Assembly (NCBI GenBank): GCA_000320545.1
Contig: ADNK01000289.1
Coordinates: 1-48,967 of the forward strand
Direction of reading: 5' to 3'
Length of the DNA: 48,967 nucleotides
Origin: Bigelowiella natans CCMP2755
Lineage: Eukaryota > Protista > Cercozoa
Shown: positions 23,911 to 33,154 of the stretch, piece by piece
Position numbering within the stretch: position 1 is the first letter of the stretch
How the letters are laid out: each line of letters begins with the position of its first letter
Made by a program: the position numbers and the translations under genes
The notes under the pieces: model-generated
Told to the model about the DNA's origin: nothing
Seen by the model: the letters and a program-made list of their open reading frames with translations, nothing else
Databases searched by the model: none

Positions 23911-26900
23911 TCATCGCTTTCGGAACTTCACCAACCACCAGGTAATAGATTCCTCTCTAACCTTATCTCCTTTGTCGCTTACCCAGAACTCACCTTCGTC
24001 CTTAGGTTCGTGTCCATACCAGCCCTCTGCATCAAGGTCCCCCAGGACCTTATACCAGTGCTCAAAGGGTAAGTCGGGAACAGCTAGGTAGAGTAGCTGA
24101 TATTTTCCGTCCTTTATTTTCATAGCTACCCTCTCCATATTTCGTAATCCAGGGTAGCCTAGATAGACAATCTTCATGCGCCAATCGTCGTTCACCCTGA
24201 CCTTATTGTTTCCATATTCCACATCGAACTTAGGTCGGGGTCCTAAACAAGGCATTGCTCGCTCCCACACAGTAGGGTTTACTTTAACATCCTCTAGGAG
24301 CTTCTCACCGATATCATAATTCTTTAGGTGACTGATGTGGCGCAAGGTGACCCTGTTCCCATCATAGATGTAGTACTGCTTCCTCCCCTTCCTCTCGGTA
24401 ACCTTTGCAACGCCACCCCAGAAGGGGTCTTGTTTATTTCTCGATCTCAGATTTACCTTGGCCCTAACATACTGTCCTTCCTTTAGAACTCGGCCATCGT
24501 ACGGGACCTTCTCGTCTTCGCTCTCGGTATCGTCGTCGTTGTCGTCGCCTTCTTCCCTCTCCTTATCCTTGATACCTCCCCCAGACGTGAAGGTGTCGTT
24601 TACTAACCCTTGTATCTTGTCTGGTGTGGTGCTATTTATCCTGCTTAGGTTGGCCAAGGTGCGGTGGAGTCGCTCTACCTTGGAGTTGGACTGGGCATAG
24701 TATACAGGTGAGGCATCAATATTAGGGTGTGGTAGCTGTAGAAGAGAGGTCTCATTATCCACATGTAACTTCTTTGGTATCTTGTTTATGCTAACTTCAT
24801 CAGGGATAGCCTGGAGCTCAGACTCCCAGGTACGGTAGCAGTTAGTAAGCCTCTGCTTATATAAGCCTTTGTTCTTCTTAGCAACGTTGACCTTGATAAT
24901 CTTTTTAACCCAGCACTTTCCAGTGGCCACATCAACGAAGGTAAGGTAGTGATAGCCATCGTACTTATAAACATCAATTTGCACGATATCTAAGAAGTTC
25001 CTTGCTTTGATTTTCTTAGATGCACGGCTCTTGCTGGACTCCTTGGTGGCGACGCCTGCCGCCTTCAAGCTGGAGCACCTGCAGCCACGCAGGTATGTCC
25101 TTATCTCTTTTAGCTTGTAGGGCCAGTAGTAATGGTAGAGTAGAGCAGTGATATGGTTTTCTCCTACGTGTGCAGGTCCATGGGCGGTAAAGAGAAGGGC
25201 TCCCCTGGTCCGCCGTGGCACGTAGGTACGCCTAACATTATTAGTGTATACATATATCCTATCACTAAGTACCTCATGCTTGTGTTTGTATTTATCCAGG
25301 TGTTCTTGAAGGTGCTGGAGCTCCTCTGGCTCAGGCAGGAAGTCGCCGTCCTCGAAGGTAATCGCGTTAACCATAGGGGTGACCTGGGTAGGGACTTTCT
25401 TTTCGAACAGCCTGCTGAAATAGTCAGCAAGCTGCTTGTCTCCTGGTGCGTAGACCACTGTCCTCTTGTCCCTAAACTCTTCCGTGTCCGCCCTCATAGC
25501 TGCATACTCATCGTTAGGCGCTTCGAGCTTGCGGTCGATGCCTAGGAGGGGCTTGTGGTCAGTCATTAAGGTGAAGCTGGGCACCGACAGCAGGTAGTAT
25601 CTTAGTTTCCTCTGCGCCTCAGTCATGGCTTTATACTCTCCTTTTGTAGGGCTGTACTTGGCCTCAGCTGCTGTGCAGGCCCTGCCCCACACCCGTATGA
25701 TCTGCTGGTCTTGGGTAAGTACAGCAGCCATACCTAGCTTAGACCAGTCTGTCCATAGGGTAGCTGGTCTAGTAGTGTCTAGCTTAGCATTCAATAGGGT
25801 GTTGCTGCATAACTTTATTAGGTTATCGAAGTGGGCATCAAGGCCAGCCTTGGCCCACACCTTAGCGAAGCTGAGGCCTACAGAGTTCTCCTTCCGGTAA
25901 GCAGTAGTAAAAGCAGCTGCAGTCCTAGCGTAGGTAGGGGAGAACCTACGTAGTATCCAAGCTGCAGTCTGCAAGAATGACTTTAACTCCTTTGCATTCT
26001 TAGGTTTAGGGGCTTGCTGTAGTGCTGCTACTTTCTCGGGGTTTGGGGTGATGCGGCCTTGCTCCAGGTAATATCCACACCACTTGATTCTTGTAGCTAG
26101 GAATGTACACTTCTGCAGTCTAATAGTAAAACCGAAGTGTGCAAACCTAATAAATATATTTTCCAGGAGGAAGATCTGAGCGACGACTGTGTTGGTACAT
26201 ATTATGTCATCATCCACATACACAAACACAAACACCCACAACACAGACGCCATCCCATCATGTGTGTATGCCCTGTAGTTCTGACTACTGAACGCATCCC
26301 CTGATATGCTTAGGCCGTAAGGGAATACGACGAAGTGCCACTTCCTGTGCCTGCTGGAGAACGCGGTAATGGGGCGGGAGGTTTTGTGGATGGGTGTCTG
26401 CATGTATGATTCATTTTTATCTAGGGAAGAGTAGTATTTGTATCCTATGACGTGTTCAATAACGTCATCTATCCTTGGTGTAGGTGTCTGGATCCTCTTT
26501 ATTACTCGGTTGTGGCGGATGAAGTTGTGCGCCAGGCGGAAGAAAGGGTAAGTAGGTTTCTTAGCTAGCACATGTCTCACGTTCCATGGTGAGTTGCTTG
26601 GCTCTATCTTCCCTTCCTTTGCCCATTCATTGATCTGCCACTCTATCTTTTCCCAGTCCGCTTCCGGTCGCCTATGTTCTGGGTCATTGATGATGCACTC
26701 TTCGTATCCCTTCTTTAGCTCGATCTTTACTGGGGTAAGCTTGCTGGAGGGCTTCGTCGTCGGCTTGGTGATGTCAGAGTACTTCTCGTTTAATATTTTA
26801 TTAATGTACTTTTTGCCTTTGTCGATATCCCAATCATCAGCTGGGGGGGTCTTGTCCAGTAGCTCCGTTATCTGTCGGATGGTCTTGCCGGGGTTCTTCT

Positions 26901-28884
26901 TCCGTAGCTCGGTAGGTGTAGGTAGCTTGTTGTCCGCTAGGTCCATAAACTCTAACGCATTAACGCTTGACTCAGAGGTCCACTCGTCAAGCCGTATCAT
27001 GTTCTGGCTGATGGTCCTGCCTGACTTCTTTGGCAACTTAGCAAAGTATATCTTGTGATTGTAGAATGATATGATCCCCCCTAATTTTTCTAGGGCATCC
27101 TGTCCGAGGAGTAGTTCCATGGATAAAGTCATGGCTACTCGGGTCTTGATTTGGGTCTCCGCGTCGCTGCCAGGTATCTGTAGCTTTAGCATTAGCTCAC
27201 CGACGGTCTTCATGGAAGAGCTTCCGTCTGCTTGAGCATATTTACGTTCTTTCTTAGTCACTTGATCCAATAGTCCTAACCTTCTTACTGTGCTTAGGCT
27301 TATGAAGGACTTCGGCATGCTGCCACTATCCCAAAGGGCAGGTAGTTTCTTGTAGTCTCCGTAGCTGTCTTTAACTTTAACCTTGGTCATAGCAACTTTG
27401 ATAGTCCTGTTAGCGTCTTCGTCATTAATGTTGCATACTCCTAAGTTCTTTATGTCGTCTAGGGTCATGGGCTTGTCTTGGTCCTGCGTTGCTGGTACTG
27501 CTGTCTTCGTCGGCGCCTGCTTAAGGTGATCTAATATTCCGTTTATCTGCTGCTGTATAGCATTGATACTGTTCTGCTTTTTGTTCTTATATTTATTGTT
27601 CTTCCCGTTGTTGCTGCCTTGCCATTTGCTGTTGTTATATCCTTGTCCTCTGCCTTTCTTTCTCTTTAACTTCTCGTAGTGTTCGTTGAGCTGCCTGATC
27701 GTCATCCTGGGTCGTCCTTCTTTCCTGTCTCTGCAGTCTTTAGCGGTGTGTTTCCCTTTACGTGAGCAGTATCCGCAACGTCGGTTACCTTCCCTGTCCT
27801 TGTACCAGTCTCGCTGCGGCTTAATAGCGTTAATGTTTCCTATGCCAGGTACCTTAGGGCTGGTAAACTTGCGGTCCTGCTCCTGCTCGCGTAGGGATAT
27901 AGCCTGCACTGCTGCCTCCATCGTGGTGTAGCCTTTCTCCGTAACGTAAGTGGATTCCTTTATCTTTAACTTGAACTCTTCAAACCTTGCCTGATCATCA
28001 CCTGTGTTGTAATTAAAATCATGTAGTTCGTCGATCATATCCTGGAAGCGCGTGGCAAAGTCTCTAACAGGTTCTCTCTCATGCTGCATCATTGCTCTGT
28101 ATTTTCTAATAGCCTGGGGTAGGGAGTTAGCATCCTGTTCATTTACAAAAGCCTTCATTATCGCCTCAACGTCTCGTAGCCCACTAACTGTAGTGTGTAT
28201 TTTCTCTAGCTGCCTGATCCGGGTCCTGCCTGTCTCGTAAAGGTCCATGGCTTGCTTTATTATAGCTAGCCATTTGAGCTTGTCGTTTTCGGTGGGGTTA
28301 GGGGTAAAGTCGCAGAGTATACTCCTAGCGTTCTTCCACCACCTCCTTGCCTCACCTCTTTTCCCGTTGTATTTCGTTATCATAACCGGTGCTGTTTTAA
28401 CAGACATGAACTGGGTGTTCCGCTGTACCGGCTGCTGCTGCTTGACGGTGCTCTGGGTCGTCCCCCGCGAGGCGCCCAGACCCCCGTCGTTCCTAAACAA
28501 AGCTGCCCACTCTGGAGGTAAGTCTGCTTCGTAATCCATGATGTCCTGCATGATAGCTGCCCAAACATCATGTGTCTGATACTTGTATTCTATCGATACT
28601 TTCAGTTTGGCGTAGTTGCTCGCCCTGGGTCGCAAGGCTCGTAATGCCATTACGACCTTCTTGCTTTCGGCGGCCACGTCCTCGTCGTCCGCCTCGTAGA
28701 AGTTCTCCAGTGCCTCTGCTGCTGCATCTGCTTTCTTAATCCCGGGTGCTGGTCCCGGCGGTGCCTGTGGAGGTGTTCCTCCTCCTTCCTTAGCGTCCGT
28801 ATCGCCCTTCCTTTCCTGTTTCTGCTCGTGCCCTTGCACGGCCTGCGAGCCAAAGTCCTGCTGTTCTTCTAGCTGCTGTGACAT
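23911..28884 (-). CDS. Gag-Pol polyprotein (1657 aa): Gag with Zn knuckle, aspartic protease, RT, RNase H, integrase, C-terminal adenine-MTase-like domain
   Basis: Zn knuckle CGYCSRKGKHTAKDC, protease ALWDSGS, RT YVDD (26209-26220). RNase H WTDWS...MTDHKPL...LADYFSR. Integrase HGPAH...YWP...CRC, IDVY, VDNE, KVERLHRTL. Confidence 0.97.
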   Translation of the reverse strand: MSQQLEEQQDFGSQAVQGHEQKQERKGDTDAKEGGGTPPQAPPGPAPGIKKADAAAEALENFYEADDEDVAAESKKVVMALRALRPRASNYAKLKVSIEYKYQTHDVWAAIMQDIMDYEADLPPEWAALFRNDGGLGASRGTTQSTVKQQQPVQRNTQFMSVKTAPVMITKYNGKRGEARRWWKNARSILCDFTPNPTENDKLKWLAIIKQAMDLYETGRTRIRQLEKIHTTVSGLRDVEAIMKAFVNEQDANSLPQAIRKYRAMMQHEREPVRDFATRFQDMIDELHDFNYNTGDDQARFEEFKLKIKESTYVTEKGYTTMEAAVQAISLREQEQDRKFTSPKVPGIGNINAIKPQRDWYKDREGNRRCGYCSRKGKHTAKDCRDRKEGRPRMTIRQLNEHYEKLKRKKGRGQGYNNSKWQGSNNGKNNKYKNKKQNSINAIQQQINGILDHLKQAPTKTAVPATQDQDKPMTLDDIKNLGVCNINDEDANRTIKVAMTKVKVKDSYGDYKKLPALWDSGSMPKSFISLSTVRRLGLLDQVTKKERKYAQADGSSSMKTVGELMLKLQIPGSDAETQIKTRVAMTLSMELLLGQDALEKLGGIISFYNHKIYFAKLPKKSGRTISQNMIRLDEWTSESSVNALEFMDLADNKLPTPTELRKKNPGKTIRQITELLDKTPPADDWDIDKGKKYINKILNEKYSDITKPTTKPSSKLTPVKIELKKGYEECIINDPEHRRPEADWEKIEWQINEWAKEGKIEPSNSPWNVRHVLAKKPTYPFFRLAHNFIRHNRVIKRIQTPTPRIDDVIEHVIGYKYYSSLDKNESYMQTPIHKTSRPITAFSSRHRKWHFVVFPYGLSISGDAFSSQNYRAYTHDGMASVLWVFVFVYVDDDIICTNTVVAQIFLLENIFIRFAHFGFTIRLQKCTFLATRIKWCGYYLEQGRITPNPEKVAALQQAPKPKNAKELKSFLQTAAWILRRFSPTYARTAAAFTTAYRKENSVGLSFAKVWAKAGLDAHFDNLIKLCSNTLLNAKLDTTRPATLWTDWSKLGMAAVLTQDQQIIRVWGRACTAAEAKYSPTKGEYKAMTEAQRKLRYYLLSVPSFTLMTDHKPLLGIDRKLEAPNDEYAAMRADTEEFRDKRTVVYAPGDKQLADYFSRLFEKKVPTQVTPMVNAITFEDGDFLPEPEELQHLQEHLDKYKHKHEVLSDRIYVYTNNVRRTYVPRRTRGALLFTAHGPAHVGENHITALLYHYYWPYKLKEIRTYLRGCRCSSLKAAGVATKESSKSRASKKIKARNFLDIVQIDVYKYDGYHYLTFVDVATGKCWVKKIIKVNVAKKNKGLYKQRLTNCYRTWESELQAIPDEVSINKIPKKLHVDNETSLLQLPHPNIDASPVYYAQSNSKVERLHRTLANLSRINSTTPDKIQGLVNDTFTSGGGIKDKEREEGDDNDDDTESEDEKVPYDGRVLKEGQYVRAKVNLRSRNKQDPFWGGVAKVTERKGRKQYYIYDGNRVTLRHISHLKNYDIGEKLLEDVKVNPTVWERAMPCLGPRPKFDVEYGNNKVRVNDDWRMKIVYLGYPGLRNMERVAMKIKDGKYQLLYLAVPDLPFEHWYKVLGDLDAEGWYGHEPKDEGEFWVSDKGDKVREESITWWLVKFRKR

Positions 28885-28900
28885 TGTTAGTCAAATCGTT

Positions 28901-28918
28901 TCCCGTGTGTGGAAGCCA
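28901..28918 (-). other. Candidate primer binding site
   Basis: TGGCTTCCACACACGGGA, complementary to a tRNA-like 3' end ...TCCCGTGTGTGGAAGCCA, 5 nt downstream of the 5' LTR. Confidence 0.65.
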
Positions 28919-28923
28919 AAGGT

Positions 28924-29249
28924 TGTTGCGCGTAAGGTGTTCACAGGCCGAGGCGCTACGTGCACAAGTAGGCAGGGGGGGGGAAAGGCACGTTTGCTTC
29001 CTTTTGAAGAGTTGTGTTTATTTTTATTAAAGATTATATTTTTATTAAATCGTGCACTGCGTAATCATTCGCGAAGCTTTCGCGAATGCCGCCGCACGTG
29101 GGGCAGCACACTTCCGGTGTGCTGCCATGAGTCCCGCCGGAACCCACGTGCCTATGCTGTATTAATATCTACGTTATCTATATTCTATATCCGCGACAAC
29201 CCCTTTGTTGTCGCACGTGACTTGTGCCCGCGTAGTGGTACGCGCTACA
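28924..29249 (-). repeat. 5' LTR of copy B
   Basis: 326 bp with TG...CA ends, identical by eye to the 3' LTR including the 9-G run. Confidence 0.97.
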
Positions 29250-29253
29250 AATG

Positions 29254-29730
29254 TGAACCTTGACATCAGTGTTTCCAACCACACACGAATGTTGGCGGAG
29301 GCGTAGCATCACGTCCAGCGGCGTGCCACGTGCCACACGTGCACGCGCGTGCTGGCGTGCCCACAATTGCAAGGTGGCCAGCACTGCTAGCACTGGAGCA
29401 GCAGCTGTGTGCCTTGACATCATGCTGACAGCACACTGCACACTGCACACTGCACACTAGATGATCAGTTCTCAGGACAGAGTCCAGGTTGTTGCGTTGC
29501 ACAATTGGTCAAGTGCGCGCTGTGCACCGCTAGCCTAGACCGTGCTGATCGATGGGTGCAGCTAACTAGCCTAGCGTGGTGCGCGTGCGTGTGCATGACC
29601 ACGACACCCACTGTGAAGCCCACACTGGCGTGTTGTGCAATTGCATGCAATTTTTTTGGTGCCCGATGTTTGGGAGCGATGGCAGCATCTGCACATGTGT
29701 GACTAGATGGCATGCGCCGTAGGGTGTAGT
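29254..29730. other. TpA-depleted island flanking copy B (continues on the other side at about 23478-23533)
   Basis: Hand count of 9 TA in 29250-29715, 7 of them in CTAG. Confidence 0.8.
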
Positions 29731-29919
29731 CATGTGCACGCGAACCTTGTGTGTGTGTGTGTGTGTGTGTACATGTATGCATGTATAAATGCCATCATGT
29801 TGTATTCTCATCATGTCCCCCTCACAATGCTGTGTTGTTTACTATCGAAAACGCCACTGATGGCTTCATTTAAGGAAGCCATAACACTCAGTCAATAGCT
29901 GTAGCGCGTTTGCCTAATG

Positions 29920-30799
29920 TTTCATCTTGGCGGCGCCTATCTAGCTTTCTATTAAATGTGTATGGGTGCCTCCAGAAAAGATAATCTATAACTAATACTT
30001 GAATGCGCTTTACCTGCAAGATTGATTCTATCTGCGGCTGCATTGCCTAAGGAAAATTAGTAGATTTAAGCTATATATCGGTACATGTGTCAATGCATGC
30101 AAACCTGCGATCTCCTCACAATATCAGAGACCCACTTTAGCAAGCGTTGGCAGTGACGTTTTTCATCCGTTGCGAAGTCTAACAAGAAAATATGAGAAGA
30201 AAATTAGAAAGGGAACATTGAGGTATTAATCGTGACACGTTGTTCATCTTTTAATGCTTTTCTCGCTTCTCCTTTGGTTTTGGGGTACTTTTGAATATAT
30301 GTGGAGTGATTCCGCAATGTGTGAAATCTTGCTCCGTAAGATTCAAACCCCTCAAATTGATCAACAATGAAGGCTCTTTACGGGTCAGCAGGGCAGCTAA
30401 TATCGCCTTTCAGATTAGTATGTGAATTATTTGTATTTAGAGAGAAGCAAAATCATATGCGAATATAAGTGCTGTCGTAAAAAAAGACACAAAACCTACA
30501 GCTTCCCCGACGCCACTTTTAAGAGGAGAGAAACATCATTTTATTATCTCATCTACGTCACGTTATTTCTGCAAACCTTGTACCCACAAGAAGTTACCGT
30601 ACTGTTATGTGCTATGTCGAATTTTTGCAGTGAGCAGCTTGGAGACGACAGGGCCGAGGCCAGATGTTCTGAAATATAACAAAAAGCGAAAAATGGTGCG
30701 CGTTGACACTAGGGATAGGAACGTGCAGGATGAAAGGGAAAGAGCGCCTTCTCATCTATCGCCAAATCATAGAGGTGTATAACAATATAAAGATATATA

Positions 30800-30839
<40 letters not shown>

Positions 30840-31990
30840 CAGCGAATGACCTGCTCCTATGTCACTGAGTTCATTCTCACTGACATCTATCGATTTGATA
30901 GTTTTATGCCCGGGATGTATGAGCGTATCCGCGATATACTTGGCACCCTTATCGGTTATGAGATTCCCTGCAAGGATCAGCTGCCTTACCGGGCATGGAC
31001 TCAACTGCAGCGCTTGACAAAGCTGATCTGTAAATAATAATCACTGTTAAGAATATGAAGTTGTAAGATTGGAAAGCATCTTCTTCCTAAATACGCACCG
31101 ACAGCGACATCGCCGATCATGCTAACGCTTAAGTCCAGCACTTGTATGGGAGCCTTAGTGCTTATCAAAGCGCTGCAAAGTATTTTGAGGCCACCATTTC
31201 CCAACTTGCTCAGCTCTAGAGAGCGTAAGGGACATCTGAGAAAAGTACGTTCAGTAGGGCGCCGATCGATGGTCTAGCTGACAAACGAGTAGAGGAAAGG
31301 CGAACGACATGACGACAGAGAGATGGAAATACTGCTCGATACTTCGTTCCTTCGAGAGCATTGCTAAACTCCATAAAACTGTTCCGAGTCCCCATGTCCA
31401 CAATAGTCATGTCCGTCACGCCCATATCCCCCTGATCACGCAAAGGGAGGCGATGAGTAGGGACGTTAAATGATTTCTGAGGGAGGGCTAGATGATCGCA
31501 GAGACTGATCAGACGCCTTTTTCATCGGCGTCGGTATGATGCTTACCGCTTCAAACTAGAAAGAAACATTTAGCTTTAATTCTGTGACGCACTATGCCAA
31601 TCAACATGCATGCATAATACAGGCACGAACCCCCCCGCATGTGTGTTTGTCCAGCATCGAATAACGAACAGTAACTGTGAAGCAACTCCTGTTTGCTACG
31701 GAACGGCTCGAAAAACCATCCTGCACTACTCACCTTCCTCAATATCTCGACGGCCTCTCGCCATCCGAGAACAGACATTCCGGGCACTAGATCTACTTTC
31801 CAGGCACAGGAGTGTTCGCCGTTGGTCGGGGGGTGGGTGTTCGGCTGCTGTCAGGAGAGAGAGATCAATCTAGAATCTTAGGAAATTCCTCTGAAATAGA
31901 CCAAACTTCGAACCGAATTATACCTAAATCATTTGCATCATGCAACACAAACTCGCATTGTTCATCACAACAATATGCCGAACAGCTGCT
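29920..31990 (-). CDS. Leucine-rich repeat protein (RI-like LRRs), multi-exon
   Basis: LGNGGLKILCSAL, IQVLDLSVSMIGD, VRQLILAGNLITDKGAKYIADTL, IKSIDVSENELSDIGA. Ends are approximate. Confidence 0.8.
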
Positions 31991-32108
31991 ATTCTGGCAA
32001 GATTTCCACCTCGTAATATCTGAATAATCGCGAACCCTAATTCAAGTCTTCATCTAGTGTAAACAGAGCATCCTGCAACCGACTGACGCGAAGGAGTTGG
32101 CAGCTAAG

Positions 32109-33065
32109 ATGAAGCGCCCCCCCTCACCCACAGCCCCTGATCCGAGGAAGGAAAAGGATACCGGACATAATGACGAGGCTGAGGTGAAAGATCAGGTGGA
32201 CATTGTATTATTTTTTATCAAACGGGGAGATCCTGCTGCATTTTCGATCGATGGGTGGTTACCTACGTGATATGTGAATGTTCCATTCTTCTCCCCCGCA
32301 GTTCTCGGCTATGACCTCAAACTAACAACGCCTGGTATGTCAGGGAACGGTCAACAGCCCTGGAATGGTGGAAAATAAAGGCGTTAAAAAAAGGCGTGTA
32401 ATCCAGGATGAAGATGCGAGGAAGGTGCACCAAAAAATAGGATGTTCGCTTGATACTTCGACACAATTTCGAATAGATCAGAACCAGCATAATACGCAAC
32501 AGCCCCACATCACTGTACATATTTAGGTTGAGTCGCTCGGATGGCTGACAGAAAGCGCGATGCCGCGAAAACGGGAGTCCCGCTCCATCGAGCTTGTCGA
32601 TGGCAATTCTTCGGCTGTCCAGCTCAAAGCTGCAATGCTGCAGGTGCTGCAAAATAAGCGCAGAAGTTACGAAGACCTTGGAGATATTAGCCCACAAAAG
32701 ATAAATGTTGGAAAAATCTTGAGATAATATATTCGTATATCCTCGTCATAACCGGTTTGCCCCTCATCATCATCCAGGCTCAGGCGGAGGCTACATTGCA
32801 CAGAGACGACCCCTCTTATGTCCTACGCAAACAGCGTAGGGGTGACATCTTCAGACTAAAAAACGCCGGGGTGGACGAACGAAATCGGTTTGGCGTCTCT
32901 CTAGTTCTTAGTATGAGATTAGCATGAGAATTATACGAACGCATTTTGGAATACACACTCTTGTACTTAGAGTCTTGATTTACACAACGATCCGCACACC
33001 AAGAAAAGGACTTACATGTGCATAGTACACGCATCCATGAATGTATACGCATTTGTTATATGACA

Positions 33066-33100
<35 letters not shown>

Positions 33101-33104
33101 CTAC

Positions 33105-33154
<50 letters not shown>

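Larger units (their letters stand above)
23534..29249 (-). mobile_element. Complete Ty3/Gypsy LTR retrotransposon, copy B (5716 bp), 4-bp TSD AATG
   Basis: Two 326-bp LTRs, AATG at 23530-23533 and 29250-29253. Single ORF with Gag-PR-RT-RH-IN order, PBS and PPT. Confidence 0.98.

Noticed and set aside
23914-24315. Chromodomain or env gene at the end of pol
   Set aside because: No chromodomain YLVKWKG-type pattern and no signal peptide or TM segment. The pattern fits an MTase-like fold better.
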